A stretch of DNA of 64,000 bases from an uncultured Bacillota bacterium (GCA_963823655.1 CAWGMK010000007.1:32001-96000), one strand, 5' to 3'; numbered from the stretch's first letter, positions 30,989 through 41,579 are shown. Notes: generated from the sequence alone by a model not told the origin. Numbers and translations: made by a program.

Positions 30989-32506
30989 ATGAAGAGGATT
31001 TTGACAGTCTCGTTGTTTGTTCTGTTAGTTCTGGCAGCCTCAGTAACCGCTGCCAGCATCCCCGCCCAACCCAGCTGGTGGACCGGTCATAATGCAGCGT
31101 TGAAAGACTTGTATGTACAGCCCGGCTATCCGCCATATGAAGAGCATGCCCGCTATATCGGCGATCTCAAGGGAACCTGGTTTGAGATGGGCGTGCAGTA
31201 CGGTGAAAGGGCCGGAGACCTCATCCGCCTTGTTTTCGAAGGCTATTATGATCAGATCTTCGCCTCCGTTAAGGACCAGGCGAGGATCATCAATGACTGC
31301 AGAGGCTTCGGAAAGTATTTGTCGCAGCTTGTACCTGAAGCTGTCGAGTTCATGCAGGGCATAGCAAAGGGCGCGTCGCCTGAGCTGGCGAAATCCCTTT
31401 ATGCCTCAATTGGAGACGATTACGACAAGATACTCATCATCAACCACTACTTCGCAGCCCGCAGAGTCTCCGGAACCCAGCATAAATGGGCCGGAACCGT
31501 AATGGATGGAGCCCCTATCCAGATAGCCGAAACCGAGGAAGATTATCCTGCTTGCAGCGGAGTAGTCGTAATCGGCAAGCTGGATGGACCTACCAAGGAC
31601 AGGACTACCATCCACGGCGGCACAAGGGACCAGGTGTTCTTCCCTCAGCTTTATGAGGTGACCTATACGCTGAGCCCTTCCGATCCTAACGCCAACCGCA
31701 TCTGGACGATTGCGTCCGCAGGCGAAATCGGCGGTCAGATGGTCGGTAACGACAAGGGCGTAATAATCACCGGTTATGCAGGAGGAACTGCTAAGGGCCT
31801 ATGGGCATACGGAATCGAGTGGAACATAGGCGACTGGTATGGTGCCTGCTTCGCCGATACAGCCCAGGAAGCAGCCGACATATTGACCAAAGGCCGCCCG
31901 GGCTTCATCGAGAAGACCGGTTCTAAGATGGTTCAGCCCGCATGGGGCATCAACTGGCTGATATCCGACCTTAAGGATGCCAAGGTTGTAGAGACTAACC
32001 CGGGAAGGTATGCCGTAAGGAGCATCGGAGATCTCGGCGAGACGGACTTCCTGATTTGTACCAACCATTGCGCCGCCACATGGAGCTATGACGAGAACCA
32101 TGTAAAATCAACCATACCGATGACCGAGTATGGTCCGGAGACCGGCACATACAGCGGCTTGTCTGCGAGCGGCACCAGGTATTGGACTCAGTGGTGGAAT
32201 GCCAAGTATAACTACGGAAAGATCGATAGGAACATGGTAATCGACTGGTACAGAGGACATTACTATATCAACAAGGATGGTATCCGCGTAGACAACATCT
32301 GGGACGCGACCTACGGATGGGTTCCTGCGAACCTGAAGTCCACATCGGTCTGCCGTCATCAGAGCGGTTTCCCGGACACCATGAAGGGCACAACAGTTGA
32401 CGCCAAAGTGGGCGTTGCACAGGATCTGGCATTCTACTTCACCAAGGGCCGCGGCCATGACTGGGTAGGGCCGTGGGACCTTCTCAGCCTGAAGAACAGG
32501 CCATAA
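30989..32506 (+). CDS. Exported Ntn-hydrolase, peptidase C45-like
   Basis: Signal peptide; G.W.EMG.QYG, EFMQGIAKG, autocleavage-type PA|CSGVV, TNH. Confidence 0.65.
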   Translation: MKRILTVSLFVLLVLAASVTAASIPAQPSWWTGHNAALKDLYVQPGYPPYEEHARYIGDLKGTWFEMGVQYGERAGDLIRLVFEGYYDQIFASVKDQARIINDCRGFGKYLSQLVPEAVEFMQGIAKGASPELAKSLYASIGDDYDKILIINHYFAARRVSGTQHKWAGTVMDGAPIQIAETEEDYPACSGVVVIGKLDGPTKDRTTIHGGTRDQVFFPQLYEVTYTLSPSDPNANRIWTIASAGEIGGQMVGNDKGVIITGYAGGTAKGLWAYGIEWNIGDWYGACFADTAQEAADILTKGRPGFIEKTGSKMVQPAWGINWLISDLKDAKVVETNPGRYAVRSIGDLGETDFLICTNHCAATWSYDENHVKSTIPMTEYGPETGTYSGLSASGTRYWTQWWNAKYNYGKIDRNMVIDWYRGHYYINKDGIRVDNIWDATYGWVPANLKSTSVCRHQSGFPDTMKGTTVDAKVGVAQDLAFYFTKGRGHDWVGPWDLLSLKNRP

Positions 32507-32587
32507 TCGAACAAACTACAATACGGGGCGCTCCGCTATTTGGGGCGCCCCAACCAGATACCAGCGCCGGAAGGAGGCGTTTCGTCT

Positions 32588-33157
32588 ATGAAAGCCCAAA
32601 AGAAGCTGTTACTCATGCTTGCTTTATCTCTAGCGATCGCGATTGTAACAGGCGGTTTCACGGGAGCTGCCGTGACCATACCGAAATTCCCAAGCCCGAT
32701 TCTCATTACCTGCACCGGCCAGACACCGGGCTCCCTCACGCTAAAGAGCTTTTTTGACGCTCTGGCGATAAAGGCGACCCATGATGAGCTGATTCTTCCA
32801 TCGAAAATGGGAGGCTTCAAGACTCTTGTCATAGTCATGGGCGCAAGCCTTAAGGGCCTGGGAGCTGCCGGAATAGATCAGGACGAGGAGATGGAAAGGG
32901 ATACTATCGTAGTAAAGAAGGCCAAGGATAGCGGCATGAAGATCGTTGCTGCACATATCGAAGGAACGGCAAGAAGGAATGCCATCGCAGACAAATTTAT
33001 AACGCCTTTCGTGCCCATGGCAGACTTCCTGCTCGTCCTTGAGGAGAGCAATCAGGACAAGCTCTTTACGCAACTATCGGAGAAATATAAGATACCTCTG
33101 CTGATATTCAAGGACTTTTCAGAGCTGCCTGCCATTTTGGAAAAGATGTTCAAGTAG
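32588..33157 (+). CDS. Exported DUF6305-like protein
   Basis: PILITCTGQ, KTLVIVMGASLKGLGAAGID...E.ER, AHIEG..RR, N.D.LFT. Confidence 0.7.
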   Translation: MKAQKKLLLMLALSLAIAIVTGGFTGAAVTIPKFPSPILITCTGQTPGSLTLKSFFDALAIKATHDELILPSKMGGFKTLVIVMGASLKGLGAAGIDQDEEMERDTIVVKKAKDSGMKIVAAHIEGTARRNAIADKFITPFVPMADFLLVLEESNQDKLFTQLSEKYKIPLLIFKDFSELPAILEKMFK

Positions 33158-33175
33158 CTTCTTTGTAATGCAACT

Positions 33176-34477
33176 TTGGAAGGGGTGGTGCAGTTGCCTG
33201 CCCATGTGATAATTGCAACGGCGGTAATGGTCCTTGCCTTTGCCGCCGGCTTAATTTTTCTTAAGAGATGGCCCATGGGGGCCTTGCTCATCATCGCTTC
33301 AGTCCTCTCTTCTATTGCCTCAGGTTTTGGATTTTCATTAAGGCACGTAGTAGAGGGCATGTTCACTTATCTGAATATCATCCTGATATGTGCTACCGGG
33401 ATAATTTTTCTAAAGTCGATAGAAGCATCGGGAGCCGCTGCCGCACTTACCCGCACACTGGTGGTCCGGCTATACAAGCAACGGGCGATCCTGATAATGG
33501 TAATAATGCTCCTTCTGCTCGTGCCCGGAGCTTTGACGGGGATTGCCGTAAATTCGGTGCTTAGCATCGGAGCCCTTGTCGCTCCGATAATGCTGGGAAT
33601 GGGCATCCCGCCCGTAAGGACAGCCGTAATAATCGGGACGGGGTCGATTCTCAGCATGCTGGTCCCTCCGACTAATCTCATCGCGATGTCCATCGCCGCG
33701 GGGATAAATGCTCCATTTGTAGGCTTTACGATCCCTACGTTCCTCCTCTCGGTACCTTTCGCACTGATTGTAGGACTTGTGATGGGGCTTCCCTATATGA
33801 AGCGCGTGAAACTTGAGGATCTTGTAGGCTCATTGCCAAAAGTAGAGGTGAAAAATGTCCTTCTTTCTTGGGTGCCGTTCATCCTTGTAATAGGACTTAT
33901 GGTACTTATAAGGGCTTTCCCGTCTACGGTGCCTGACATCGGGACTCCCCTCGTATTTATCATCGGTACCCTGGCAGCGGCCATTACCGGGAAAAGGTTC
34001 AACGTCCTCAAGCTCACAACCGACGCTCTGAGCGGCCCGATGCTAAATATCCTGGAACTGCTTCTTGGGGTCGGTGTTTTCGTTCAGATTGCAAGCCTTA
34101 CCGGGATAAGGGGAATGCTGGTTACAGGCTCGCTAAGCCTTCCTAAGCTGTTGGCATATCCCGCAGCGGCGATAAGCCTCATCCTGGCGGGCGGTTTCCT
34201 GTCTCCGTTCGGTGCGGCATCGGTCTTTGCGGTGCCGTTTGCCCTGTTCTTCCTGGACAGGAACCAGATAATCACAATCGCCGCGCTCTCTTTGCTTTGC
34301 GCTTTGTCCCAGTTTATGCCCCCAACAGCCATAGCCGGAAGGTTCTCGGCCGATGTTGCCGGAGTCAAGGACTATGGAAAGGTATGGCGGGCATCTCTCA
34401 TTCCAACGGGTATCCTGGCCCTTGTCGCCCTTGCAGTAATCTTCTGGGCGGACAAAATTGCCAGGGTTATCCTTTAG
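33176..34477 (+). CDS. DctM/ion-transporter superfamily permease
   Basis: About 11-12 TM segments, PGALTG, MLVPPTN..AM, PPTA. Confidence 0.75.
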   Translation: MEGVVQLPAHVIIATAVMVLAFAAGLIFLKRWPMGALLIIASVLSSIASGFGFSLRHVVEGMFTYLNIILICATGIIFLKSIEASGAAAALTRTLVVRLYKQRAILIMVIMLLLLVPGALTGIAVNSVLSIGALVAPIMLGMGIPPVRTAVIIGTGSILSMLVPPTNLIAMSIAAGINAPFVGFTIPTFLLSVPFALIVGLVMGLPYMKRVKLEDLVGSLPKVEVKNVLLSWVPFILVIGLMVLIRAFPSTVPDIGTPLVFIIGTLAAAITGKRFNVLKLTTDALSGPMLNILELLLGVGVFVQIASLTGIRGMLVTGSLSLPKLLAYPAAAISLILAGGFLSPFGAASVFAVPFALFFLDRNQIITIAALSLLCALSQFMPPTAIAGRFSADVAGVKDYGKVWRASLIPTGILALVALAVIFWADKIARVIL

Positions 34478-34491
34478 GGAGGGGAAGTTTA

Positions 34492-34638
34492 ATGCTCAAT
34501 ATCGTTTACAGAATAATGCTTGGCGCAATAACACTCGCTTTGATATGGAACACCATAAAGCTCAAGGAGCCGCGCAAGCAGTACATGTCGGCCTTGTTGA
34601 TAATACCCTTTGTACTCAGGATAATTGGCGTTAAGTAA
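34492..34638 (+). CDS. 48-aa two-TM membrane protein
   Basis: ATG follows GGAGGGG; MLNIVYRIMLGAITLALIWNTIKLKEPRKQYMSALLIIPFVLRIIGVK*. Confidence 0.7.
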   Translation: MLNIVYRIMLGAITLALIWNTIKLKEPRKQYMSALLIIPFVLRIIGVK

Positions 34639-34650
34639 GGGGGCGGGGTG

Positions 34651-35784
34651 ATGAATCAGAAACTGCGCACAGAGTATTTCGGCCTGCTGATGCTGGCGGC
34701 GGCCGTGATTGTTATTGTCCTTGTCACCCCTGCCTTCACAAGCATGTGGAAGCAGGATCTTATTGTGCCCGGGCCGGGCGTGACAAGGCAGACCAAGTTG
34801 TCAGAATATTTTCCCGATCTTGCAGGAACTCCGCTGGATACGGACATTTACATTTTGGAAGGCAAGGAGGCCGGCGGAACCACACTGGTGATGAGCGGGG
34901 TGCATTGCAATGAGCCCGGAGCCTACCTCAGCTCGATATTGATTACGGAATACGGCAGCGTCAGCAAGGGCCGGCTCATCGTTGTGCCCGCTACAAACTT
35001 AAGCGGCTTCACTTGTTCGGACCCCGGAGAGGGAGCGCCTCAGAGATTTACTATAGAGACTCCTAACGGCCCCAGGACTTTCAAATATGGATCCCGAGCC
35101 ATAAATCCGATACATTCCTGGCCCGATCCGGAGGTATTCGTGCATTATCCATCAGGTCAGAGGCTGTCCGGCGAAGAGACAAGGAATATTAACCGGGCAT
35201 TCCCGGGAAAACCGGATGGAACTGCGGCCGAAAAGGTCTGTTACGGGATTACACAGATTATCGAGAAAGAAGGAGTGGATCTCGTAATAGACTTGCATGA
35301 AGCGATGCCTGAGTACCCGAATATCAATGTGATTGTGGCCCACCAGAAGGCATTGAGCCTGGCAGCCATGGCCCAGATGAAGATGCTTATAGCGGGAATC
35401 CAGATTTCATTAAGTCCCTCGCCCGTCAATTTTCACGGGCTATCCCACAGAGAATTGGGCGACAGCACAAGCGCCCTCTCTGTCCTTATGGAGGCGCCGC
35501 ACCTTGCCTTCGGAAGGCTGAGATCGGAGACTACCTCCGATCTGATACTTACCGGCAAGGATCCTTTCTATATAATCGGCGCCAAGCTCGGCAGGCTATT
35601 CGTGCCGTATACCGAAGCTGGCTGGCCAATTGAGGTCAGGGTGGCAAGGCATGTGACAGGGATTAAGAGCCTTGTTGAGGCATTGGGAACAACGAAACCG
35701 GGCAAGGATTTGATAGTGGAGTGGCCCACATATAAGGAAATCATAGCAAACGGAGTCGGGGCATATCTAAGCGCCCCAATCTAG
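34651..35784 (+). CDS. Succinylglutamate desuccinylase/aspartoacylase (M14-like) deacylase with N-terminal anchor
   Basis: GVHCNEP, RNINRAFPG, VIDLHE zinc/substrate motifs. Confidence 0.8.
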   Translation: MNQKLRTEYFGLLMLAAAVIVIVLVTPAFTSMWKQDLIVPGPGVTRQTKLSEYFPDLAGTPLDTDIYILEGKEAGGTTLVMSGVHCNEPGAYLSSILITEYGSVSKGRLIVVPATNLSGFTCSDPGEGAPQRFTIETPNGPRTFKYGSRAINPIHSWPDPEVFVHYPSGQRLSGEETRNINRAFPGKPDGTAAEKVCYGITQIIEKEGVDLVIDLHEAMPEYPNINVIVAHQKALSLAAMAQMKMLIAGIQISLSPSPVNFHGLSHRELGDSTSALSVLMEAPHLAFGRLRSETTSDLILTGKDPFYIIGAKLGRLFVPYTEAGWPIEVRVARHVTGIKSLVEALGTTKPGKDLIVEWPTYKEIIANGVGAYLSAPI

Positions 35785-35818
35785 CCATATAGCTGACTAT
35801 CCCTCACCTCAAACAAGC

Positions 35819-35859
35819 AAAAAGCAGAGGCCAGATGCAATTTCTGGCCTCTGCTTTTT
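35819..35859. terminator. Bidirectional intrinsic terminator
   Basis: AAAAAGCAGAGGCCAGA-TGCAATT-TCTGGCCTCTGCTTTTT. Confidence 0.85.
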
Positions 35860-35872
35860 AATTGAACGTAGA

Positions 35873-36592
35873 TCAATATTCGGAAGGGCCCGTGATGCTA
35901 ACGAAGTCGATGAGGTCCATCGGAGTGAGTATCCCCAGCGGCCTTTCGTAATCCTTTCCGGTTTCGGTAATCATCAGGGCCGGATATCCCTCATCATACT
36001 GCTGAAAATAGGCAAGCGCCTCATAGACTGTCGCATCCTTGGATATGTAGCATTTCTGCTTGCAACTTGCCGGCATGAGCTCGTCAACGCTCACGGATCC
36101 GGCAGGAGGCATTGAACCCTCGGCGTGCCTCTCCAGCCATTTTGCCGTATCCTCCCTGCGAAGGAAGAAGTACCTGCCGCCTTTTTCCACAACGACCTGT
36201 GAGAAATCATTCTGGAGCATGTGCCTCAAAGCCTTGCTCAGAGGATCCCTACTGTTGAATACCGCCGGCAATGTGGGGCTTTTCCGATCGTATACCGTCA
36301 TGGGCCTGGCTAATGCCTCGAATATCTCGGAGAGCCTGTCGATTATGTCCTCACGGGGATCAGCCAGCGGTTTCCCGTCCCTGTAATTCTCATGCGTGAC
36401 AACATTCCTAAGCCTGTTTATGACTTCAAGGTCGTCGTCATAGCGCCTGATTACGTACTTTACGCGCCTGTCGTTGGCCAGGATGTTCTTCTTCTCGATG
36501 AAGCTTACCTTCGTCCCGTCCAGCAGATACTCGAAATAGTGGTCAAGCTTGTTGAATTCCTCTATGAAACGTTCCGCGTTAGCCAAGAGCAT
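35873..36592 (-). CDS. CBS domain-containing protein
   Basis: NAERFIEEFN, LRNVVTH, M..NDFSQV.V, ITETG...PLGILTP.DL. Confidence 0.7.
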   Translation of the reverse strand: MLLANAERFIEEFNKLDHYFEYLLDGTKVSFIEKKNILANDRRVKYVIRRYDDDLEVINRLRNVVTHENYRDGKPLADPREDIIDRLSEIFEALARPMTVYDRKSPTLPAVFNSRDPLSKALRHMLQNDFSQVVVEKGGRYFFLRREDTAKWLERHAEGSMPPAGSVSVDELMPASCKQKCYISKDATVYEALAYFQQYDEGYPALMITETGKDYERPLGILTPMDLIDFVSITGPSEY

Positions 36593-36606
36593 CCCTCCAA
36601 GAGGCT

Positions 36607-37977
36607 TTATGATTCAACCGGCCCCTCAGCCAAGTTCTCATACTTCGTATATTCCTTCTTCCAGAAGAGGTTGAATTCGCCGATCGGGCCATTCCTCTGC
36701 TTGGCGATTATGATCTTGACTATCCTCGCCTTGGAAGGGTCCTTTTTCAGGACGTTCGCATCATCTTCCCTGTGGATGAACATCACCACGTCTGCGGTCT
36801 GCTCGATTTCGCCCGACTCCTTCAGATGAGACAGCCTTGGAAGTTTATCCGCCGATGATTCAACCGACCTGGATAGCTGCGCAAGGCATAGGACAGGGAC
36901 TTCCATCTCCCTTGCGATGGATTTAAGGTCCCTTGTAATCTCAGCCACTTCCTGCTGGCGGTTTTCGATCCTGCCCCTGCCGGAGATGAGCTGCAGGTAA
37001 TCTATGATTATCAAGGAGAGCTTGTTCTCGGCCTTAAGCCTTCTAGCCCTTGCCCTGATATCAAGCGTCGTCATGTTGGACGTATCGTCTATGAAAATGG
37101 GCGCCCTGGAGAGAAGCCCGACCGTATCGCTCAGCTTGTACCAGTCGCCCTCCATCAGAAGGCCCTTCCTGAGCTTCTGGCCATCAATCTCCGCCCTTGC
37201 GCTTATCATTCTCTGCGCGAGCTGCTCTGCCGCCATTTCAAGTGAGCAGATGAAGACCGGTTTGCCCCCGTCAACCGCGACATTTTCGGCGATATTCAAG
37301 GCGAGCGCGGTCTTACCGACCGACGGGCGCGCCGCGATGATTATAAGCTCTGAGTTCTGGAACCCGGACAGGAAATCGTCCATCTTGATGAAACCCGTCT
37401 CAAGCCCTGTGAGTCGCCCCTTTTCGCCATATATCTTTTCTATTTGCTGATACGTGGCGTCCATGACCGTGCGCATGTCCTTTATGTCGCCGGTCCTCTG
37501 CCTTTTAGCGAGGCTCAGCACCATCTGCTCCGCCTTGTCCAGGGATTCTTCTACTCCCAAGGATTCGGTAAAGCCGATGCCGGTGATGTCCATGCCGGCC
37601 TTGACCAGGCTGCGCATGACGGACTTGGCCTTCACGATATTGGCGTAGTTGGAGGCGTTGGCGGGCGTGGGGACGGTGTTGGCCAGATGGGATATATAGG
37701 AGGCGCCGCCTACAGAATCGAGCTTGCCGGCATTGCGGAGCATCTCCGTGACCGTAACAAGGTCGACAGGCTCGCCCCTGTCGAAGAGGTCCTTTATGGC
37801 TGTGAAGAGGTAGCGGTGGTTCTCGTGGTAGAAGTCCGCGGCCTCGAGCTTGTCGACTACCTTATCTATGGCCTCCCTGTCGAGCAGCATTGCCCCCAGG
37901 GCCGATTGCTCGGCCTGGATGTTCTGCGGAGGCACCCTGTCGTAAAGGTTCTTGTCGTCGTTCGCCAAAGGACTCAT
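36607..37977 (-). CDS. dnaB: Replicative DNA helicase
   Basis: PPQNIQAEQ, AARPSVGKT, SLEM, IIIDYLQL, QLSR, ESGEIEQ.AD, KQRNGP. Confidence 0.97.
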   Translation of the reverse strand: MSPLANDDKNLYDRVPPQNIQAEQSALGAMLLDREAIDKVVDKLEAADFYHENHRYLFTAIKDLFDRGEPVDLVTVTEMLRNAGKLDSVGGASYISHLANTVPTPANASNYANIVKAKSVMRSLVKAGMDITGIGFTESLGVEESLDKAEQMVLSLAKRQRTGDIKDMRTVMDATYQQIEKIYGEKGRLTGLETGFIKMDDFLSGFQNSELIIIAARPSVGKTALALNIAENVAVDGGKPVFICSLEMAAEQLAQRMISARAEIDGQKLRKGLLMEGDWYKLSDTVGLLSRAPIFIDDTSNMTTLDIRARARRLKAENKLSLIIIDYLQLISGRGRIENRQQEVAEITRDLKSIAREMEVPVLCLAQLSRSVESSADKLPRLSHLKESGEIEQTADVVMFIHREDDANVLKKDPSKARIVKIIIAKQRNGPIGEFNLFWKKEYTKYENLAEGPVES

Positions 37978-39932
37978 CTCCCGTCGTCGGATTCTATGCC
38001 GCCCTCCGTCAGCTTATAGCCGGCGAAGGCGTGATCGAAGCATTCCCTGACGTCGTCCACAGGTACTATCGTTATGCCGGTGATGTCTGACGGCACGTCC
38101 TTGATATTCCCCTTGGGTATCAGCACCTTGCGGATCCCGGCCTGCTTGGCCCCGTAGATCTTCTCGAAGATGCCGCCTACTTCCTTGACCTTGCCCTGGA
38201 TGGAGATCTCGCCCGTCACGGCCACATCCTGCATGATCTTAATGCCTTTCGCCGCGCTGAGCATAGCCAGCAGTATCGCAGCGCCCGCGGAAGGCCCTTC
38301 GATGTTGCCCCCGCCCACTACGTTTACATGCACGTCGTATTTGTAAAGCTCCTCGCCCGTAATCGAGCGGAAGACGGCGCCCGCGTTGAAGACCGAGTCC
38401 TTGGCCATGGAGCCGGCCGTCTCGTTGAACCTTATCGCGCCCTTGTCATCCTTCCTGATGAATGCCACGGCCTCGATTTCTATCACCGAGCCCAGGAAGC
38501 CCGATACGCCAAGTCCGAATATCTTTCCGACCTCAGGGGTGTTGGACGCCCTGATGTGCACGTACGGTGCCATCCTGCCCGCCCTGATGGCCTCCTCCAG
38601 ATGAAGCTTCGTGATGAGCACGTCTTTGCTTCCGCCGGTCTCATAAAGCGCGAAAGAGTATGCGTCAATAAGAAGGCTTGTGGCCTTCCTGCCCTCGATA
38701 GTGTAGTCGGATATCATCTCCGGCACCCCGGCTTCGATGCTCACGCCAAGCCGAGTTGCCGCATTCGATGCGATCTTCTGCACATCGTGCTGGGTCAAAG
38801 GCTCGAAGAATACTTCGGCGCAGCGGCTTCTCAGCGCCGGGGAAAGGTACTCCGGCTCCCTTGTCGTGGCTCCGATTAGCATGAAGTCCGCGGGGGCTCC
38901 CTTTTCGAACAGCCTTCTTATGTACTCAGGGACGCTCTTGTCCTCAGGGTCATAGTAGGAAGACTCGAAGGCCACCCTCTTGTCCTCCATCACCTTAAGC
39001 AGCTTGTTCAGGAGTATCGGGTCCATCTCGCCTATCTCGTCAATGAACAGCACTCCGCCGTGGGCCTCTGATACGAGCCCCAGCTTCGGCTCAGGCACGC
39101 CGCCTTCGGCCAGGTCGCGTTTCGCCCCCTGGTAGATGGGGTCATGCACGCTGCCCATCAAAGGGTTGACTATGTCGCGCGGGTCCCAGCGCAGGGTTGT
39201 TCCGTCCACTTCGACGAACCTTGCGTCTGTCCCGAAGGGTGTATACTTCGCCTTCTTGGCCTCCTCCAGGACGAGCCTGGCTGCCGACGTCTTGCCGACG
39301 CCGGGAGGACCATAGAGGATCACATGCTGGGGAAACGGGCTCGATATCTTCGCCATAAGGGCCTTTATCGCCCGATCCTGGCCTATTATCTGTGCCAGCT
39401 CGGAGGGCTTCACAGCCTCCATGGCGGAGGTGATGAGCTTCCTGTCCTCAAGCTCCTTCAAATTCTCAAGCTTCTTCTGTGTTTCCGCGGTCTCCGGGCC
39501 GGCTTCAGATGTAAGCAGCTGCTTCTTGACGTCCTTTACGTACTCCTCGTGCTTCTGCTGGAGCTTGTCCGTGACCTTGCGCTCTATGCTGTCATCAAGC
39601 CTTTTCCTTGCTATCATCTCGGCCACTTCGTCCTCGAGGTCCTCCATGGCGGAGGGAAGCTCGTCGAAGTTGGGGGCTACAGTGATAGTGGGGTCCAGGA
39701 ACACTATGCGCTGCAGGGCCATGACCTTTTCGGCCAGGTCCTCCGAGCGCATGAGCGTAAGGGACTCAAGCTTGCCTGCCTTCAGGATGAGGCGGTCGGC
39801 CCCCATCAGGTCTGACAGCATGGACATCATTGAAGAGACCCTAAGGGCCATTTCCTCTATTGCGCCGGGATGCTCCCACCACAGAAGCTCGCCGGTTTTC
39901 GGTTTTTCATCGTTCTTCTTGAAAAGTCCCAT
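37974..39932 (-). CDS. lonC: Lon family ATP-dependent protease
   Basis: GPPGVGKT, LFIDEIGE, EGPSAG, TGEISIQG.V..VGG..EK; position between rplI and dnaB. Confidence 0.9.
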   Translation of the reverse strand: MGLFKKNDEKPKTGELLWWEHPGAIEEMALRVSSMMSMLSDLMGADRLILKAGKLESLTLMRSEDLAEKVMALQRIVFLDPTITVAPNFDELPSAMEDLEDEVAEMIARKRLDDSIERKVTDKLQQKHEEYVKDVKKQLLTSEAGPETAETQKKLENLKELEDRKLITSAMEAVKPSELAQIIGQDRAIKALMAKISSPFPQHVILYGPPGVGKTSAARLVLEEAKKAKYTPFGTDARFVEVDGTTLRWDPRDIVNPLMGSVHDPIYQGAKRDLAEGGVPEPKLGLVSEAHGGVLFIDEIGEMDPILLNKLLKVMEDKRVAFESSYYDPEDKSVPEYIRRLFEKGAPADFMLIGATTREPEYLSPALRSRCAEVFFEPLTQHDVQKIASNAATRLGVSIEAGVPEMISDYTIEGRKATSLLIDAYSFALYETGGSKDVLITKLHLEEAIRAGRMAPYVHIRASNTPEVGKIFGLGVSGFLGSVIEIEAVAFIRKDDKGAIRFNETAGSMAKDSVFNAGAVFRSITGEELYKYDVHVNVVGGGNIEGPSAGAAILLAMLSAAKGIKIMQDVAVTGEISIQGKVKEVGGIFEKIYGAKQAGIRKVLIPKGNIKDVPSDITGITIVPVDDVRECFDHAFAGYKLTEGGIESDDGR

Positions 39933-39939
39933 CAGGCAT

Positions 39940-40389
39940 CTACTCCAAAGGCTGTATGGTAAGTCTTAACTTCGAGGCTATTCCGGACATCAGCCAAATC
40001 TCCGCCTCGTAATCGCCTACTGTCTTTATGTGCTCGGGCATCTCTATCTTCTTCTTGTCGATCTCAAGGTTCAAAAGCTCCTTGAGGGCCTTTGATACGT
40101 CCGCCGACGTTACGGTGCCGTAAAGCCTGCCGCCCTCGCCGCACTTTACGCGAAGCGTAATGCCGCTTTCCTTGAGCTGGCGGGCAAGCTGCCTTGCCTG
40201 CTGCTCCTCGCGCTCGTGCCTGTTCTGGGCCGAGATCTTTATATCCTCGACCTTTTTGAGCTCGGCTGCTGTGGCCTCTATCCCCAGCTTCCTGGGGAAG
40301 AGGTAATTTCTCGCATACCCGTCGGCAACCTCGATTACCTGGCCCTTCTTGCCGATGGCCTTAATGTCCTGCAAAAGTATGACTTTCAT
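39940..40389 (-). CDS. rplI: 50S ribosomal protein L9
   Basis: [33 protein letters not shown]. Confidence 0.97.
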   Translation of the reverse strand: MKVILLQDIKAIGKKGQVIEVADGYARNYLFPRKLGIEATAAELKKVEDIKISAQNRHEREEQQARQLARQLKESGITLRVKCGEGGRLYGTVTSADVSKALKELLNLEIDKKKIEMPEHIKTVGDYEAEIWLMSGIASKLRLTIQPLE

Positions 40390-40489
40390 CCAGAGCCCGC
40401 CGCGGATTCCCAAAGGAACACTTCCTGCGGCTCCCTCCTTTTTCTGTAGTCCTTATTATTTCCCCTCGGGCGGGCAGTTTTCCTTCGCC

Positions 40490-41449
40490 CTAATGCCTGA
40501 GTCTCCTGAAATCGTAGAAACTGTCTAATACCCCTGCGTATGGCAGCAGCCCCGAGAAGAACGGGGTGACGTAGATGAAAACGCAAGCCACAAAGCGCAG
40601 GAACTTGGGCACATTGTTCTTCCTCATGTAGAACCAGACGAGAGACATCGCATGGACCATGTAAAGGAGCATGGAGCCCGTAAATAGGTTGTCGCCTATG
40701 GTAACGATTATCGGCACCTTAAGGTAATTGCCCAAAAGAGGCAGCGCGAGGCCCATTATGGGGGCCCAGACGAGCACGATAGGCATGGCCCAGGTCTCAA
40801 ACGCGTCTATGGGCTGCACTTTCGTCTTCATGCGAAGCAGCACTGCCCTGACTATGGCATAAGCTGCAAGGGCGAACAGCAGGCCGGAGAGAATGAGGAA
40901 GGCCGGTAGAAGCTGCTTGAGGACCACCGCGGTCTTGGCCGCCATCTCCTCCAGCTGGCTCATTACTTCCGGGGTGGCGCCGAGCTTCTCATAGATGCCC
41001 TTGGACACCTCCACGGAATCCGCCATTGCCTGGTGTATCTCATCCCATGCCTTCTGAGGCGAAATCCCCATGGCGAGGGCGCCCAGCAGGAAATCTACGA
41101 CGGTGGTCACGGCTATCACAAGTCCCGTTATTATGGTCGACTTGGCCCACCCAAGGCCCTTCTTCATGCAAAGACCGAGCACTATGCCGGGAAGCCCTAC
41201 TATGGCAAGGCAGATCAGCCCGTCCAGCGGGCCCATGATAAGGCCGGTTCCAAGAGCCGCCACTATCGAGGCCATGATCCCAGCCCTTGCCCCATGCCTT
41301 TGGGTTATTAGCGCGGCCGGGACAGGATACGCCACTGTCAGCAGCATCTGGGTCGCAGGACCGAGTATGTACATTACTACGGCCACCGCCGCGAATACCG
41401 CGCCTTCTACAACGGCCCTCGTGCTCATGACCCTCTCATTTTCCCTCAT
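40490..41449 (-). CDS. DUF2232 (YybS-like) membrane protein
   Basis: TRAVVEGA, P.P....RHG, G.LD..YDFRR; synteny between rpsR and rplI. Confidence 0.85.
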   Translation of the reverse strand: MRENERVMSTRAVVEGAVFAAVAVVMYILGPATQMLLTVAYPVPAALITQRHGARAGIMASIVAALGTGLIMGPLDGLICLAIVGLPGIVLGLCMKKGLGWAKSTIITGLVIAVTTVVDFLLGALAMGISPQKAWDEIHQAMADSVEVSKGIYEKLGATPEVMSQLEEMAAKTAVVLKQLLPAFLILSGLLFALAAYAIVRAVLLRMKTKVQPIDAFETWAMPIVLVWAPIMGLALPLLGNYLKVPIIVTIGDNLFTGSMLLYMVHAMSLVWFYMRKNNVPKFLRFVACVFIYVTPFFSGLLPYAGVLDSFYDFRRLRH

Positions 41450-41579
41450 CAGCTACCTCGCTCATCCCCGGGCCGCCGGCTTTTTAAAGCAAGCTTTGCC
41501 CGATTTCGATGCGCACAATTAAACATACGGGACTCCCCGGGATACCCGGAGAGTCCCGACGATAGATACCCTCTTCGCC

